This document shows, one piece after another, positions 40,750 to 54,333 of a stretch of 64,000 nucleotides of DNA. A model generated the notes under the pieces. That model was not told the origin of the DNA, searched no databases, and was given only the letters and a program-made list of their open reading frames with translations. The DNA is from Trichinella spiralis (Eukaryota), in assembly GCF_000181795.1 (NCBI RefSeq), contig NW_003526943.1:4119228-4183227 (forward strand), in the 5' to 3' direction. Positions within the stretch are counted from its first letter, which is position 1. Each line of letters opens with the position of its first letter. Made by a program: the position numbers and the translations under genes.

Positions 40750-41385
40750 TTTCAATTTGTATGCCCTGCTTTCACATACAAGCGACATACTACCGAGACG
40801 ATCTGGTAGTTCAGCGTCACGATTTTGGTATTATTACATAATACGTAGTTCAGATACATCAGGTGATAGGCTGCTGCCAGTCGATCATGAAGGTCTACTC
40901 CTTTCATAACAATGTTGTATGATTGACTAAATTTGGCATTAGTACATATACGTTTGAGCAATCGCTAATGAATTTTTGAGAAAAGAAAAGCCATGCAGTT
41001 ACTGGCTATGTTTATGATGACATTGTCTTTCCATTTAACTATATGATCCTTTCCGTCACTGCGATAGTTGAAAGCATCTCACTTCTCTTCCATCACTAGC
41101 ATCAGCGCATCTTTTTCATTTACACAGCACCATTAATGTTATATGGTCGACTCGTTCTGGTGGCTCTCATGTTCAATTCTGCTAACTTGACCAGAAGATA
41201 ATAACTTGTAAAGAAGTCGCCAAAAAATAATGTCTGGTAGTATTTGGGCTTTCCTAAATAACATCAACTCTGCTGCTCAAAAAACATATTCGAAGCTTGC
41301 CATTCTTTGCTTCAATAAGTAATCATGTGATAAGGGTAACCATCGCTACAATATAGCATCCAGACTTTGTGGCTAAAGCGAATCA
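40750..41385 (-). mobile_element. Decayed piggyBac (PGBD2/3-like) transposase, C-terminal half
   Basis: Ordered motifs across stops and frameshifts: IRFSHKVWMLYCSDGYPYHM, FFGDFFTSYYLL...MRATRTSR, YRSDGK..IVKWKDNVIINIASN, YNIVMKGVDLHDRLAAAY. Confidence 0.85.
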
Positions 41386-41524
41386 AATAAGAAGAGAAAA
41401 CACAAAAGTCTGAACCGAACAGGCAACCCCATTTTTACTACTGTAGACACACAGTACTATATACTGCTTACATGTAAGTAAGTAAGTAGGCTATATACTG
41501 CTTACATGTGAAATATATTCATAT

Positions 41525-42393
41525 TGTTTATCTGCATCCATAACAGTCAGCATGAGCTGCCAATTGTTGGGTGTCTTTGAAACTGGCGTTCAATAACAGC
41601 AGACGGATGTCGGTCGGTATTTGCGACAAGGATATTTGCCGAAATAAGAAACAAGGCTCATGCCCATCAACAAGAGCAGTATTTCACTCATTAACTGAGC
41701 ATATCCATCCATATGCGGCAGTTTGGCCGCTTATTTGCTTTCGTTGGGGCCAAAAAGCTCCGTCAGATAGGCCTTTGTATCGTAGCGGATGCGGACTGAG
41801 CTAACAACTCTATTCCTTCAGACAACGAAGCGGAAGAAAGGTGAAGCAACCGTAAGCAGATTTGGACTTGAAGATCAGAGGTAGAGTACGGTAGTGCGGG
41901 GGTGTACGTATGCGTCGGGTTGTTGTGTTGGTCGAAGAAGCTTGCTGTAACGCATTGTCGGCGGACCTTGCTCACAGTTGCCAATAAAAACTATACTTAC
42001 TGACTGTTGTTTGATTGTTATAATGCTATCTGGAAAGCGCGAATCGGAAAAAAAGGGAAACCCGCCGGTCAATACCGGACCCTCGCCGTTTAGCGACGAA
42101 TGCGCCAATAGCGCGGTGGAGGAAGTGAACGAGCCTGCCTGAGGGAGCGGCTCGTTACGGTATTTATCTGTAGCTCCTGGGGGAAGAAGGAAGCTAGCGA
42201 TTTGGTACGCACTATCCTGATCCAGCGCGCTGACGACGTACTAATACCTGTTTATGTCAGCAGAAATACGGCGGATGTGGAATTGCGCTCCAGCTTGCTC
42301 AAACCACACCTGGGGTTGGGAAGTCCAGAAGGTCGGAAGCTTCAGTAAAACCGCGTTCTTGCTTTGCAAATTCGTGACATTGGAAGAGGCCAT
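41525..42393 (-). mobile_element. Decayed Ty3/Gypsy gag (LKLPxFW type), interrupted at 41781-42159
   Basis: MASS...NAVLLKLPTFWTSQPQVWFEQAGAQFHIRRISADINRY*YVVSALDQD...DKY, resuming after the insert with ELFGPNESK*AAKLPHMDG...QLMSEIL, DGHEPCFLFRQISLSQIPTDIRLLL...QLAAHAD. Contains stops and frameshifts. Confidence 0.85.
41781..42159. mobile_element. 379-bp solo-LTR-like insertion inside the Gypsy gag
   Basis: 4-bp direct repeat GTAT (41777-41780 and 42160-42163); termini CGTAGC...GTTACG (5/6 inverted match). Removing it restores gag DKY-KGL. Confidence 0.75.
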
Positions 42394-43224
42394 GGTAGGC
42401 TCCCAAAAACATCGTTCGAAACAAACGGATTACTAGTAAAGTTTCTCACTAGAATCTATTTTTAGCACAAACCCTACAGTATATATGTCACAGTAATTCC
42501 GATATCCAGGTTCATATAGAACGAACTTGGTGTCCAGGTCAGTTACTTTAATCCGCCTCATTACCTCATTTAGATTTGTCTTAAGAATGCACTTACTTTA
42601 AAATATGCCATATTAAACAATAAGCCAAATAGGGAAGGAAGAATCCATAGAGGAAATAAAAAGCGTTCGTGGATTAGAGACTGCATCTGTAATGAACCAG
42701 GCGCAAACTGATTGCTGTATTTTCAATTACAGTCAAGACTGCAGGAATCAATCCACTGTTCGAATAAATAGAAATAAAAAAGTTCTGTGTATGCAGTAGA
42801 AATGTTGCTTTACAATTAAATTTTATGACCATGACATATCTACTCGTGCAAAAATGCTTATTCATTTCTGCAGTATTGCAAGTCTGCTATTTGTCCATGT
42901 CAGTATGACAAAGAGATAAGCAGCTTTCGAATAGATGACCAACAGTGAATAAATATACTGTTAGCATGTTCATTTTTGTTTTTATAAATTCTGGGTAATC
43001 ATCCAAGCCTCTCTTATACTAAATAACTCGACTTTAAAATGTAACACAATGCAAAACAACTACAGTTTAACGGATTAAAACGTCCTCTTATTAATTTTGT
43101 AGGTGGAAATTTATACCTCCATGTGAGTGCAGTGCGCGCTAGAGTCGTTAATGTGCATTGCGCACTAATGCACGTATGAAGAGTATAATTACCAGATAGG
43201 TCGAACAAAAAGCTGACTGTTGGG

Positions 43225-43530
43225 CTGTGAAAATTTCTAAATGGCACCATATTTGTGCATCAAAATTGTATAGTATGCGTGAGAAAATTGTACGTATTGG
43301 TTATTTTTGGTTTCTGCGTAAAGGTAGGGATTCGTGATTCTGGTGCCTTTGATATAGAGTTTAAATCGTTTTTGGATGTATGCACATAGGTATAATATTT
43401 ATCTAGGAAACATTTATGAATGTGCAACGTATTACAGATCATGATTGCGATGAAATCATCCATTGAGATCCTCGCTACTTTCACGTGTTAAATCACTTTT
43501 TCAACATGGTAATGGATGAATGGATGTTTC
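43225..43530 (-). mobile_element. Possible upstream part of the same piggyBac transposase (heavily decayed)
   Basis: Weak ordered matches HPLP..., SEDL and MVPFRNFHS to the piggyBac segments GYHxLP...SEDL and DExMVPYxGRHS, in the same orientation as the 40750-41385 remnant. Confidence 0.45.
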
Positions 43531-45516
43531 ATTGAAAGCTAATTTTTTATACTGTTGTTGACAAGAGTTGGTTACTCATTTGTAAATTAATATTGCGCTG
43601 TTGATTCACTTTATATCTATTGATATGCAACTTTAACGAGTTGATGACTACTTTTTAAACCCTAAGCAGAGAGGATATGTAATATTTTGACTTTTGAATT
43701 TTAACCAGTTCATCCCATGCCCAATTTTTTGTTCTGTTTGGCTCCTGTGCTTGATGATATAATTAATGTTGATAAATCAGCGTTGCGCTGACTGGGAAAT
43801 TTCGTTTCGGCCTCAAAACTCTAGCTTTGCAGCTTAACAATTAGCTGTTTGACCGTTTTGAACATATGGTTTCATCCCTGAAAGCAAAGATTGAATTATA
43901 TTCGATTAGTCCTTTCAGCCCCTATGGTTAAAATGGCCAGCACGTCGAGTGAAGAGGCAAATGGCAGCCTGAACAGATGAAAAATGATTTTCATCAACTT
44001 AGTCGCATTAAGAGTAATAGCTACGGTGATAAAAAAAGCTTTCCCTATTCACTTACTAAGTTTCTGAACCATGGAAAAGTACGCATCTTTTAAAAATAAG
44101 CGTAAATTTTGAAAGAGTGAAGTGCAGACGTCCAGGGAATACTTTAAGTAATTGTCACCGAAAAATTGAAATGCTAAGAAATTTCACTGCATCACAAAGC
44201 GAATGCTTGTTTATATTGCGCATATTGCCCAAGAAAGAATGCCTTTGAATTTAAATTCACTTTTCACTCTTCACGTACATAATAATAACATTACAACATG
44301 ATGCAGACAGATGAGCATGATAAATTTCTTAAATATTATTTCATTTTACATTTCTCGTAATTATAGCAATATTTTAAAATTAAATCTTGCAAAAAAAAGA
44401 AACAGATAAAAGATCAGTTCAGCATTTAAATGTAATACTTAATATATAAAATGCATTGCAGTTTTTCACTACTTACTTTTAATTTAAAGCATTCAATTTT
44501 TTGTTTAAATGTAAAAAACATATAATCTCGATGAATTTAAAATGCTATTAACGAACAGAAAATTTTTTAATTTTGTTTGGATTTAAGAAAAACAAGATAT
44601 ATCAGAGGTAAGCTTTTTCTTTAAATTTCTGCCATTTTCTGCCAGTATGTATTTCAAACGATGAATCATTATTGTTAGCATATTTCTTTTTAAGCAGATG
44701 ACGTCAAATCTAGTTTTTTTCTGTTCAGTGGAACACAAAAAACAATACCAACTTCGACAACAACATGTTCAACTGAGTGTAGTTAAAATCAGGCTGTTTA
44801 AAATGGCAGTTGGAAAAATAACTATTTCTCTCCTGAAAGTGGTGGTGGTGACAAATACGCCCACCAGATACATTTGTCCAGGTCAGTGCGCTTGTGTTAC
44901 TTCTGTCACTTCAGTCAACAATAAATGGTAAAAACGTTTACTTTCAATAACACTTTTCCCAGCATATTTCTTCAATTCGGTCGTGGTGAGATGCATTTTT
45001 CTGAATATACACATCTTAAATCAATAAATAAAATAAAAATAGAAAATATACATTGCCGTATATAGCAGCATCATCACCATCATCTATAAATGATGATACT
45101 AACGATGGTGTTCAAATTACTTAACCCCAAAGCTACAAACTGATTAGAAAGTGTTTTAAAAAATGCAACAGAAAAACAACAGAAAAGGGTAAAGAGATGA
45201 AGAGTGCTTTTTATCAAAATTGTACAAATTATACTTTTTCCGGCAGTGTATTCTTCTAACATGCTCATTGCAGCAGAAGTGAAAAAATGCTTGCTTAACA
45301 AAAGCTGTGAATATGTAAGGATTGTTATGGCAAAAGTAAATGCATCTGTTGTTACTTGCTAAAATTCATTTAAAGAAAAGCAATAAAAACTGATCCGTTG
45401 CAAGATTATTGAACGAGGACGGCAATCAAAGAGGACAGAGACACTGTTCAACGCTTTCATCTATTGACAATAGAATTAGAAGAAGAAGCAAGCGGAAACT
45501 GTTGCAAATGCCAATA

Positions 45517-48500
45517 TTATTTCGATGAGGTCGTCGGATGTGTTAAAAGGCCACCAACAGTACGCTTGTCAAAGCATGGAGGAAGCGGCGCCGGTTCCGC
45601 CGGAGGCAAGAGTTGGCTAGAGAATGGCAAATCCGTCTCGTTACCCATTTCACAAGGCAAATTGCTACTTTTCGATTCAACCTAAAATCAATCAATAAAT
45701 AATACTTTCTCACATTTGTCGGTGAACAAATCAATGCAACTTATATATATATAACATCTCAAGCATAAAAAACTTAATTTCTACATCTTTCAAATGTAAT
45801 ACTATGTCCTATACTGCAATACATTTTGTACATATATATGCTTTTATAGATGAATACAGAAAATATTTTGCACAAATTATAAAAAATTTTCCATTTCCAT
45901 CTGCAACTCGTTGATGCATTATAACACTGTGAAGATAAATGAGAAGTCATAAATTAAATAACAAATAAAAAGATTGCATTAACAGCCTAATTATCATAAC
46001 GCTCAACACTGGAGCAGGACATTTGTTCATTTATCTACGTAATAGTGGTCATTTTTCAAATTCAATCACGTTTTGATGATGATAAAAAGATTTATTTACA
46101 TGCAATTTCTTTTAATATAAAATTCTCAACACTGCAATTATTAAACAAAACAGCATAATCAATAACGTTTCTTTTTTATGCCTAAAATTGAATCGCAGAT
46201 ATCATTAAATAACATTTATCACTATTATTAAAAAATGATAAAAATAACTACTACTGCTGTCCAAATGAATTTTTCCAATTAAATTCTTAATTATCAATAA
46301 AAATTTTAATGTTTCTGATTAATTGCACTTTTGAAGATGTTAAAGCTGATTTCTCAAATGAGCATTTATTTCCATTGAAAATATTGTTATGTTATAATAT
46401 AATTATCCTTTTCAAATGTCAGCTTTGCAATTCAATATAAACGAGCTCTCAACGCACAGATAACATCTGACTGAAGCAAAACAAAAAACCGCATGCATAA
46501 AATTGCAAATCAGAAATCACACGATTATAAAATTAAAGAAGTGCCAACTGAATTTACATAATATGAAAAATAACTGAAATTAAATTCAGAAAATGCTTTT
46601 GAGTTTTAAAGTTTTTTCCAATAAACATACCCTGCTATCCGAAATATCCATGTCAATCAGATCGTGAACAACAGGAGCTACTGATGAAGATTCGACGGAT
46701 TTCCGCGGTTCAAAAACATCAATCACCACAGATTCTGTACCTTTAATTTCACATCGACAAAAAGGACATGTACCACCACTTTCCGATTCCTAGAAAAAAA
46801 AAAGAAAAATATTTATTAATTAACATTACTTATTAGAATAGTCGGTATTAATTGAAAAATACAAATAACAATTTTACCTGCCAACTGAGCAAACAAGGTG
46901 TACAAAGTAAATGACCGCATGGTTCAATTTTAATATCTTTGTCGTTTTCAGCACAGATTTTGCACAATTGAAACGTGGTGCCCATTTCGCAATAAATTTC
47001 ATACTGTTCAGGCGTTACTTTGACGTGGCCCTCGGGAGTAGGTTGCAAAGCCCAACTCAGATCTGGATTGACGTTACGTCCATTTGGATACAAGTAAAAG
47101 CCTTCTCTCGAGCCATCTATCAAGGCTTGAATAAGAGATTTATTTTGCGGAATGGTTTGATAAATTTTCCCGTCTGCTGTCACATAGCCGACTGCCCACT
47201 GGCCTAGTCGAGTACAGCTCAGTCGAAATACGTAGCTAAATTTGAAAGAAAAAATATTAAAACGTGTAAATTACGCAAAAGTTGAATAAAAAGCCATACC
47301 TGCCGGGTTTTTTAATAAATTTTTGTAAGCGACGTTTCACCTCATCGTAAGTCAAAAAAGCCACATAAGCAGGATGCGTAACGGCCAAGATTTGCCAATT
47401 TCGAAGTAGTGATGCCCAAGGTTGGAATAATCTGTTAAGCAAAATAAATATTTCTTATAGTATATACATATAAAAATGGATTTCGTGTATCATCACAAAC
47501 GGAACTGAACATGCACACTTCGTATCTTCTTCAATTATTGTTTATATTAAATTCATTCGGAATTATTCAACTAAAAATTATTCATTCGGATAGTTTTGTT
47601 TTTCTCAAAATAATCAAACGATTACACAAACTATGATTAATTTTGTTCCTATTCAAAGCACAAATTGATAAACTGAATAACGCTGACAAAAGCAAAATCT
47701 TGATGGCTTTCATCACGCTTTGTTATTATCACTAGGCTTGAACGTTTTTCCAAATGCAATATATTGAATTTTCAGTGTCACAATCTTCACACTTACCGTG
47801 TAAAAACGTCAAATTCAAAATTAGAAATATAATCGTTGCATGTTAAATCGATCGTTGTTTTCAGAGCTAAAGCTTCCAAGCCGGAGCATATTGGATGCAC
47901 CTCGTTCAATGCCACTCGAAATTCCTTCCACGAAACCAAAGTTCTGAAGCAAAAGGACAAAAATTAAAAAACTGACTTATTATTAAAATGACTGCATACA
48001 AATAGCTCACAATCGTATCAATTTTTGACAAAATGAGCAAACTAAACAGAACACAATCATCAAAGTTCATTTGGATTTACTTTCAACAAATAAATTAAAA
48101 AGCATACAAGCTTCAATTTGATACACTGGCTAACATAAATAAATAATTCTTCACCAGCGTTTAAATTTGCAATAATTATCATTCTCACTAATCGACTCTC
48201 TGGAGACAGTCTATTTCAGCTAATTTCAAAGAATCCATAAGAACTGCAAAACAATTGATGAACGTTCAATCATTCATTGCTTACGAACTTTTATAGTTAA
48301 CTTTAAAAAAGGAAAACAATATTCAATCATTTAAACCATAAATAAAAATCAGATAAAAAGTGAAGAAAATATGAGAAAACAATTGACGTAACAGTAGAAG
48401 AATAAGTATCATACCTAAAGATTGTAATCTGAGCAGCTAAAGAAAGATATTGTTAAAAAAAATTAGATTTAGCCAATTTCCATGTAAATGAATAAAAATA

Positions 48501-49097
48501 ACTGTTACCTGTTGTTAAAGCAGTTTCGCCAAAATTCCGCTGCATCTTTTTTGGTCACCCGAAATCGATCGCCAATGAACTGACCGTTAGGAAATTCAGC
48601 TTTCAACTCGGCAAGCATGTGGGAAAATATGAGCGACAGCTTGTTGAGACTTCGCCGACCGGCCGAATACTCATCATACATTTGTTCCCGGTAAACTTTA
48701 AACAAATGGACGGTGCTTTTGCACTTTCGCATGAGATTCATGATGAAAAAGCGAAAATATTCGTTTTCACTCAAACTGAAATCTTGCGCGCAAATCAACC
48801 GCAAATGCTGATAAGTATCAGGAAGAATGTCAAGAATAAACGGTGGACTGTTTTTCAAATTCAACCTTGGATGCTGGCACATGCGAACAACCTAATAAAA
48901 AAATTATTATTAAAATAATAATAATTTTTAATAAGCACAATTTCAACTACTTGATCCATAAGTCGCCATGTTTTTTCGATCGTTTTCTTGTCAATGTGCG
49001 GCGGTTCTTTGCATAACCCGTCCTGTGAATCATGAGACAAGCCAATCGCTTCACTTAGCTTGCCGTGAATACGATTCCACAAAGCACCAAAGCTCAT
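45517..49097 (-). CDS. CBL: E3 ubiquitin ligase Cbl (SLI-1-like): TKB + RING + short Pro-rich tail, 7 exons
   Basis: [123 protein letters not shown]...[10 protein letters not shown]. Last exon 45682-45517 is less certain. Confidence 0.93.
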
Positions 49098-50712
49098 CAC
49101 TGTAAACTATAAAAAGATAATCATCATTCGAAAAGTACAATTTATCCAACTAGATTTGAACTAATCGATCATTTAAGCGAAAATAATCATTGAACTTTGA
49201 AGTAATGCTAATAATCAGCTACCACTAATAAACGAAAACAAAAAGAAAAACAAATTTAACATGTAAGTGAATAATATTTTGACAAAAATAAGGAATAATT
49301 CAAATTTCAAATTAACCATACATAAACACGAGTTTGCGTTCACTTTTTGAAAACAAAAAAACTGTAAATGTACAAAATGAGGCCAGCGCAACAAATGCGA
49401 TGAGAACGAAAATACGACACAATGACTACCTAAGCGTCTGGCTTTTCAAAAGTGTGCGTCAATCTTCTAGCAAACTTCAAAGACCAACGTATGACACATC
49501 TACAAAACAGAACAGCCCGCGCTTCCGCCAATCACAACTTGCATCATCAGGAAGCTATCGAACTGTATACTGTATTTCATTTCAACCATAACCAATAAGC
49601 AAGTTAGACTATTGATTGGAAAAAAACAAATTGTCTCAGATCAAAAGTAACTAAAATATTTCGAATTTGTGAATTAATAAAAATTTATACTTTTTAAATT
49701 TTTATAAGAATTTGTTGAAAAACAATTTAAAAATATATTCAAAGCATTTTGCTGATGTTAAAATTTATTATTTTTATTATACACTGAACAACTGTAATTA
49801 TTCTAAATAAAAAATTCTAAATCTGATTTTATTTATTTTTAAAAAGAGTAATGTAATTAATATTTTTGCACATTTTAACTACTATTGCATCAGTTGGGAT
49901 ACAACATGATCATAATATTAAAAATGCAGTAAAACAATAAAAAGTTCATTTATTTTTGATATGAAAACAATATTTAGGTTCGATATTTATTGGAATCGTG
50001 TTATTTTTAAAATTTATGCAGGAAATTTTCTGGCTTTCTTCAATCCATTGTAAATCACACGATCGTGCAAAATTACACTATAAATTATGAATTATTCATT
50101 CAGTTGACATTTATTTTCAAACTGACCAAAATCACTTACAACTTCTAAATGTTTATTAATTTTTTTTATTTTGTAAAAGATTTAAGTTTTTTGGTCTTGT
50201 GTACTTGTAAATTTTTAAAAGAATACTGTAATCTGATAATTTTGCGACCTATTTGTTAGATTAGAAAGTGTGAGGAGCATACTGTTCCGTTGATGAATTT
50301 GGTCAGGTCGGCTATAAGTGATAGGGTGAAGGTATAACGCACAGCAGAAGTATAACTTTTTCTGCGGCGACTCATCTGTGGAACAGCATCTGCGCTTCTG
50401 TGTTTTATTTGATTTCCATGAATTTATACTCAGTTTCTGCTTTTAAAAACATATATTGCTGGTAAATTTTCTCAAATATTTTCTTTCATGTTACCGTTAA
50501 CGTCTGAAAAATATTCATTATGTATATGTATGCGTATTGTTTTTCTGTTAAATTTTTTATATTGTTTCAGTTTCTTGTTTTTATTTTATTTGAAATGTTG
50601 CATTTATTGGTGTTTATTCTCCGAGTACAGTTTGTTTTTTTCTTAAAGAAATTGATTACATCTATTTGGATCTGTGGAGTTTTAGTCGCTATATTGTTGG
50701 AAGTTGCAAGCA

Positions 50713-53700
50713 ATGGCAGATAAACGGAAACTTCAAGGTTTTTAACATATTAATTTTCATTTATTTTTATGATTGCAAATTAATTTTTTAGCCGAAATGG
50801 AAAGATGCTTGAAAAGAGTGCAAGAGGGTGTTGAATTGTTCGATCAAATCTGGGAGAAGGTGAATACTTGCAGAAATTATAGATTTAAAGCACTTATTTT
50901 GTTGCAGGTTCATGAAGCCGCTAATCTTAATCAAAAAGAGAAATTTGAAGCTGATTTGAAAAAGGAAATTAAGAAGTTGCAGGTAGTTTTTAAGTAGTTT
51001 TTTCCTTTGTAGACAATTTCTTTCCAGCGAATGAGAGATCAGATTAAAGGATGGCAAAATTCAAATGATGTCAAAGATAAAACTCAGCTATGCGATTCTC
51101 GAAGATTAATTGAGCAGGTTTGATTATGGTTTTGTATGTATTTATTCAGTTGGCTTAAAGATTGAAATATCTTACTTCGTAGAAAATGGAGCAGTTTAAA
51201 ATTGTGGAACGGGAAACGAAAACGAAAGCTTACAGTAAGCAAGGTCTTGGTGCAGAACAAAAGATCGACCCAAAAGAGAAAGAAAAGGAAGAAATCATTG
51301 GTTGGCTTCAGGTAGTAATTACATAGAATTTTTATTACTGAATAATTTTTATTCGTGTTATAGGATTCTATTGGAACGTTAAATCAACAAAGCGATGTAT
51401 TTGAAGGAGAAATGGAACAAATTAATGCCATGTTTGGGAAAAAGAGGAAACCTGATCGAGATGTATGTATTTACTACTTTTTAGATATTTCAGAAAAATA
51501 TGCATGTTTTTCTTGTTTTAAAGAAGCAAGATCGATTGGATGATTTGCTGAGGCATATCGAAAGGCATAAATTTCATGTCACAAAGCTTGAATCGATGAT
51601 GCGTTTACTGGTGAACAATACCATTGATACACAGCTGGTTTATATTTATTATTTTTTGTTATGAAAGTAGTTAACAGCATGTTAACTGTAGGTGAAGCAA
51701 ATAAAAGAAGATATTGAATATTACATTGAGAATTGTCAGGAGCCGGACTTTGATGAAAATGAGTTTATATATGATGATCTCAATTTGGGAAATGTAGAGA
51801 GCATGTTAGGTATGTGTACCACGCATATGTACGATAATGATTGCATAGTTGTTTTGATAATTCAAATTAGTGATTCGTAAAAATGAAGTCGTTTTTTGTT
51901 AAATGAAAGAATATTTTAGAAAAAGTTGTACGCTATAAGATTTTAATCCAAAAATAAATTGTGAGATTTATTTGTGAGATGTTTTACTTATTTATTTTCT
52001 GTGAAGAACTTAGGTTATTAATTTTGGCTAAATTTTATCCAGGAATTTGAAAAAAGATGTTTCCGATTAAGTTTTTTTGAAATCTAATTTTGAATTGTAT
52101 GAACTTTGATAAGATTAATTTCTGGTTCCATTCATTGTCTTACGATTTCTTGTATGTATTATTTAGCTCAACAACTTGGTAGTGTACCTCGTGCAGATGA
52201 GCGGGGAGAGGAGAATGATCTTACTCATTCTGAATCCTCAAGTCTCGCCCCTTCTTCTAGGCCTTCTTCAACGCATTCCAAAGTAATCACTATTGAATTA
52301 AGCAGCTGTAATTATGAAATTGATGGATTATTATTTTAGGCAATGTGCAGTTCTCCCACCAAAGAATTTGAAGAAAGGAAAACCCGATATCCGAGTGAAA
52401 GTACAGAAGTAAAGAAAGTTTACATATTTATTCTTTTCCTTCAAATTGTGAATGCTGTTTATTGTAGACAGCAAAGTATGTAATTTCGAATTTAGAAAAT
52501 CTTAGCAAATCGGCACCATCTACTCCTGTGAAGTTAAATAGGTAATTTGTTCACAAATGATTGTGGATTTGTACTTTCATAAATTTATAAAGTTTTTTGT
52601 TAATTGAACATAATTTAATGTATTTTCTTATTGAATCGTAATATTTTAAATACTGTTTTTTTAATATTATATTAAAAATTATATTAGGATGGAAGCACCT
52701 TATGTGGCGCTGAATCAAATTATCCCAATTTTGAATCCTGCAGTACCAGCGACATCTGTACCTTACAATAGTGTTGTAACTGGCGCTTCAAGCCGGCAAC
52801 AGAAGTCTGGTTTTACGAGCTTACAAACGGAATCTTTTGGTATGTTGAATAATAATGTTTGAAAAGAATTTAAAATAATAATTATTATTTTAAGATACAG
52901 TGACTAATTCTTTTAACAAATTATTTGTATCTTCTGAAGTTCTGGCGAAGGAACGTTGGTTGGAAACGTCTTCAGTTTCTAAGCCAGTCATGCAACCACA
53001 ACTACCAGCGATTGATAACGATTCACTTTCAGCAACAGTTGATCTTACTGTCAATGTTGAAGCGGATTCTTGCAATTCTGCTTCAATTGTCATGAATGGT
53101 CCCGCATGCACTGCTGACGTTAGGATAATTTTTGTTGTTACTGTTATATATTTATTTCACTTCGTTGTATAGAAGTGTAATGTTATTATTATTTTAAAAT
53201 GTTATATATATGTATATATGTTTCAGCTATTAACGCAGATTAGTTTATCGCTTCGTGCGGCCAACATTTCCCCTGTGGCTGGGGTTCACTCGCCTTCGAG
53301 CTTTTTGAACAGTACGAATAATCTCAGCGGTATGTTGTGCGCTGTAAAGGTCGTCATTATTATTAATGAAGCAGTCATTTTATCATGATAACAGGATTGC
53401 GTACTGTGCCTACATCGCTGGTCGATTCTGCGAGCTGGAGATGCGAAATGAATTCCAGCCCTGCTGCACAGCAAGCAAAAAATTCTTTTACAAGTTACCA
53501 TTCTTTACCCGGGCCGTCCATAAATAGCCTTGCAACGGCTTCCACTTTGACCAGTAATTCTCAACCACTGATATTGGATCCAATATTGGGTAAATGTGAA
53601 CTTACTGTTTAATTTAATTTTTTGTTTTTATCATAAATTTTTATTTTGTCAGGAGCTGTTCCACTTGGTAAGAAACCTCTCACCATGAAGCAAGAGCACT

Positions 53701-54333
53701 GCCTGAAAATGGCTGGAGAGGCGATGAAGCAGATACCTTTTCCATCGGATAAGGAAAAGGCGAGGTTAGTTGTTTTTAAAGAAATTTTTTAAATAGTATA
53801 TGATTGTATTATTATTAGATGCATGGGTAATTTAATGACATGTGAACAATTTTTAGAATTTCGTTGGAACGAGTGCCGTATTTGACTCCTCCATATTATC
53901 CACAATCTCCACTTCCCCTATCAGATACTTTCGAACATTTCAATCGTCTTTCTCCGGAAACATTATTTTTCGTTTTCTATTATCTTCAGGTTTATTCGAA
54001 CATTTAATTGTTAAATAAATATTTTGTCTTTGAGTTGATGATTTGTTTATTGCAGGGAACAAAGTCTCAGTACTTAGCCGCCAAAGCATTGAAACGTCAG
54101 TCTTGGCGTTTTCACACTAAATACATGATGTGGTTTCAACGACTCGAAGAACCAAAGGTAATTACAGATGAATATGAACAGGTAAAAGCATTTTTATTCA
54201 AATGTTTATACAATAAATAATATTTTATATTTAGGGAACTTATATTTATTTTGATTTCGAACGATGGATGCAGCGGAAGAAGGAAGACTTTACATTTGAA
54301 TATCGTTATTTGGAAGATAAAGAGCTTCCTTAA
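50713..54333 (+). CDS. CNOT3: CCR4-NOT complex subunit 3 (Not3/Not5)
   Basis: [69 protein letters not shown]-terminal NOT box [62 protein letters not shown]. Confidence 0.96.

Noticed and set aside
41457..41509. 19-bp direct repeat CTATATACTGCTTACATGT around GTAA units
   Set aside because: Local slippage duplication within TE debris.
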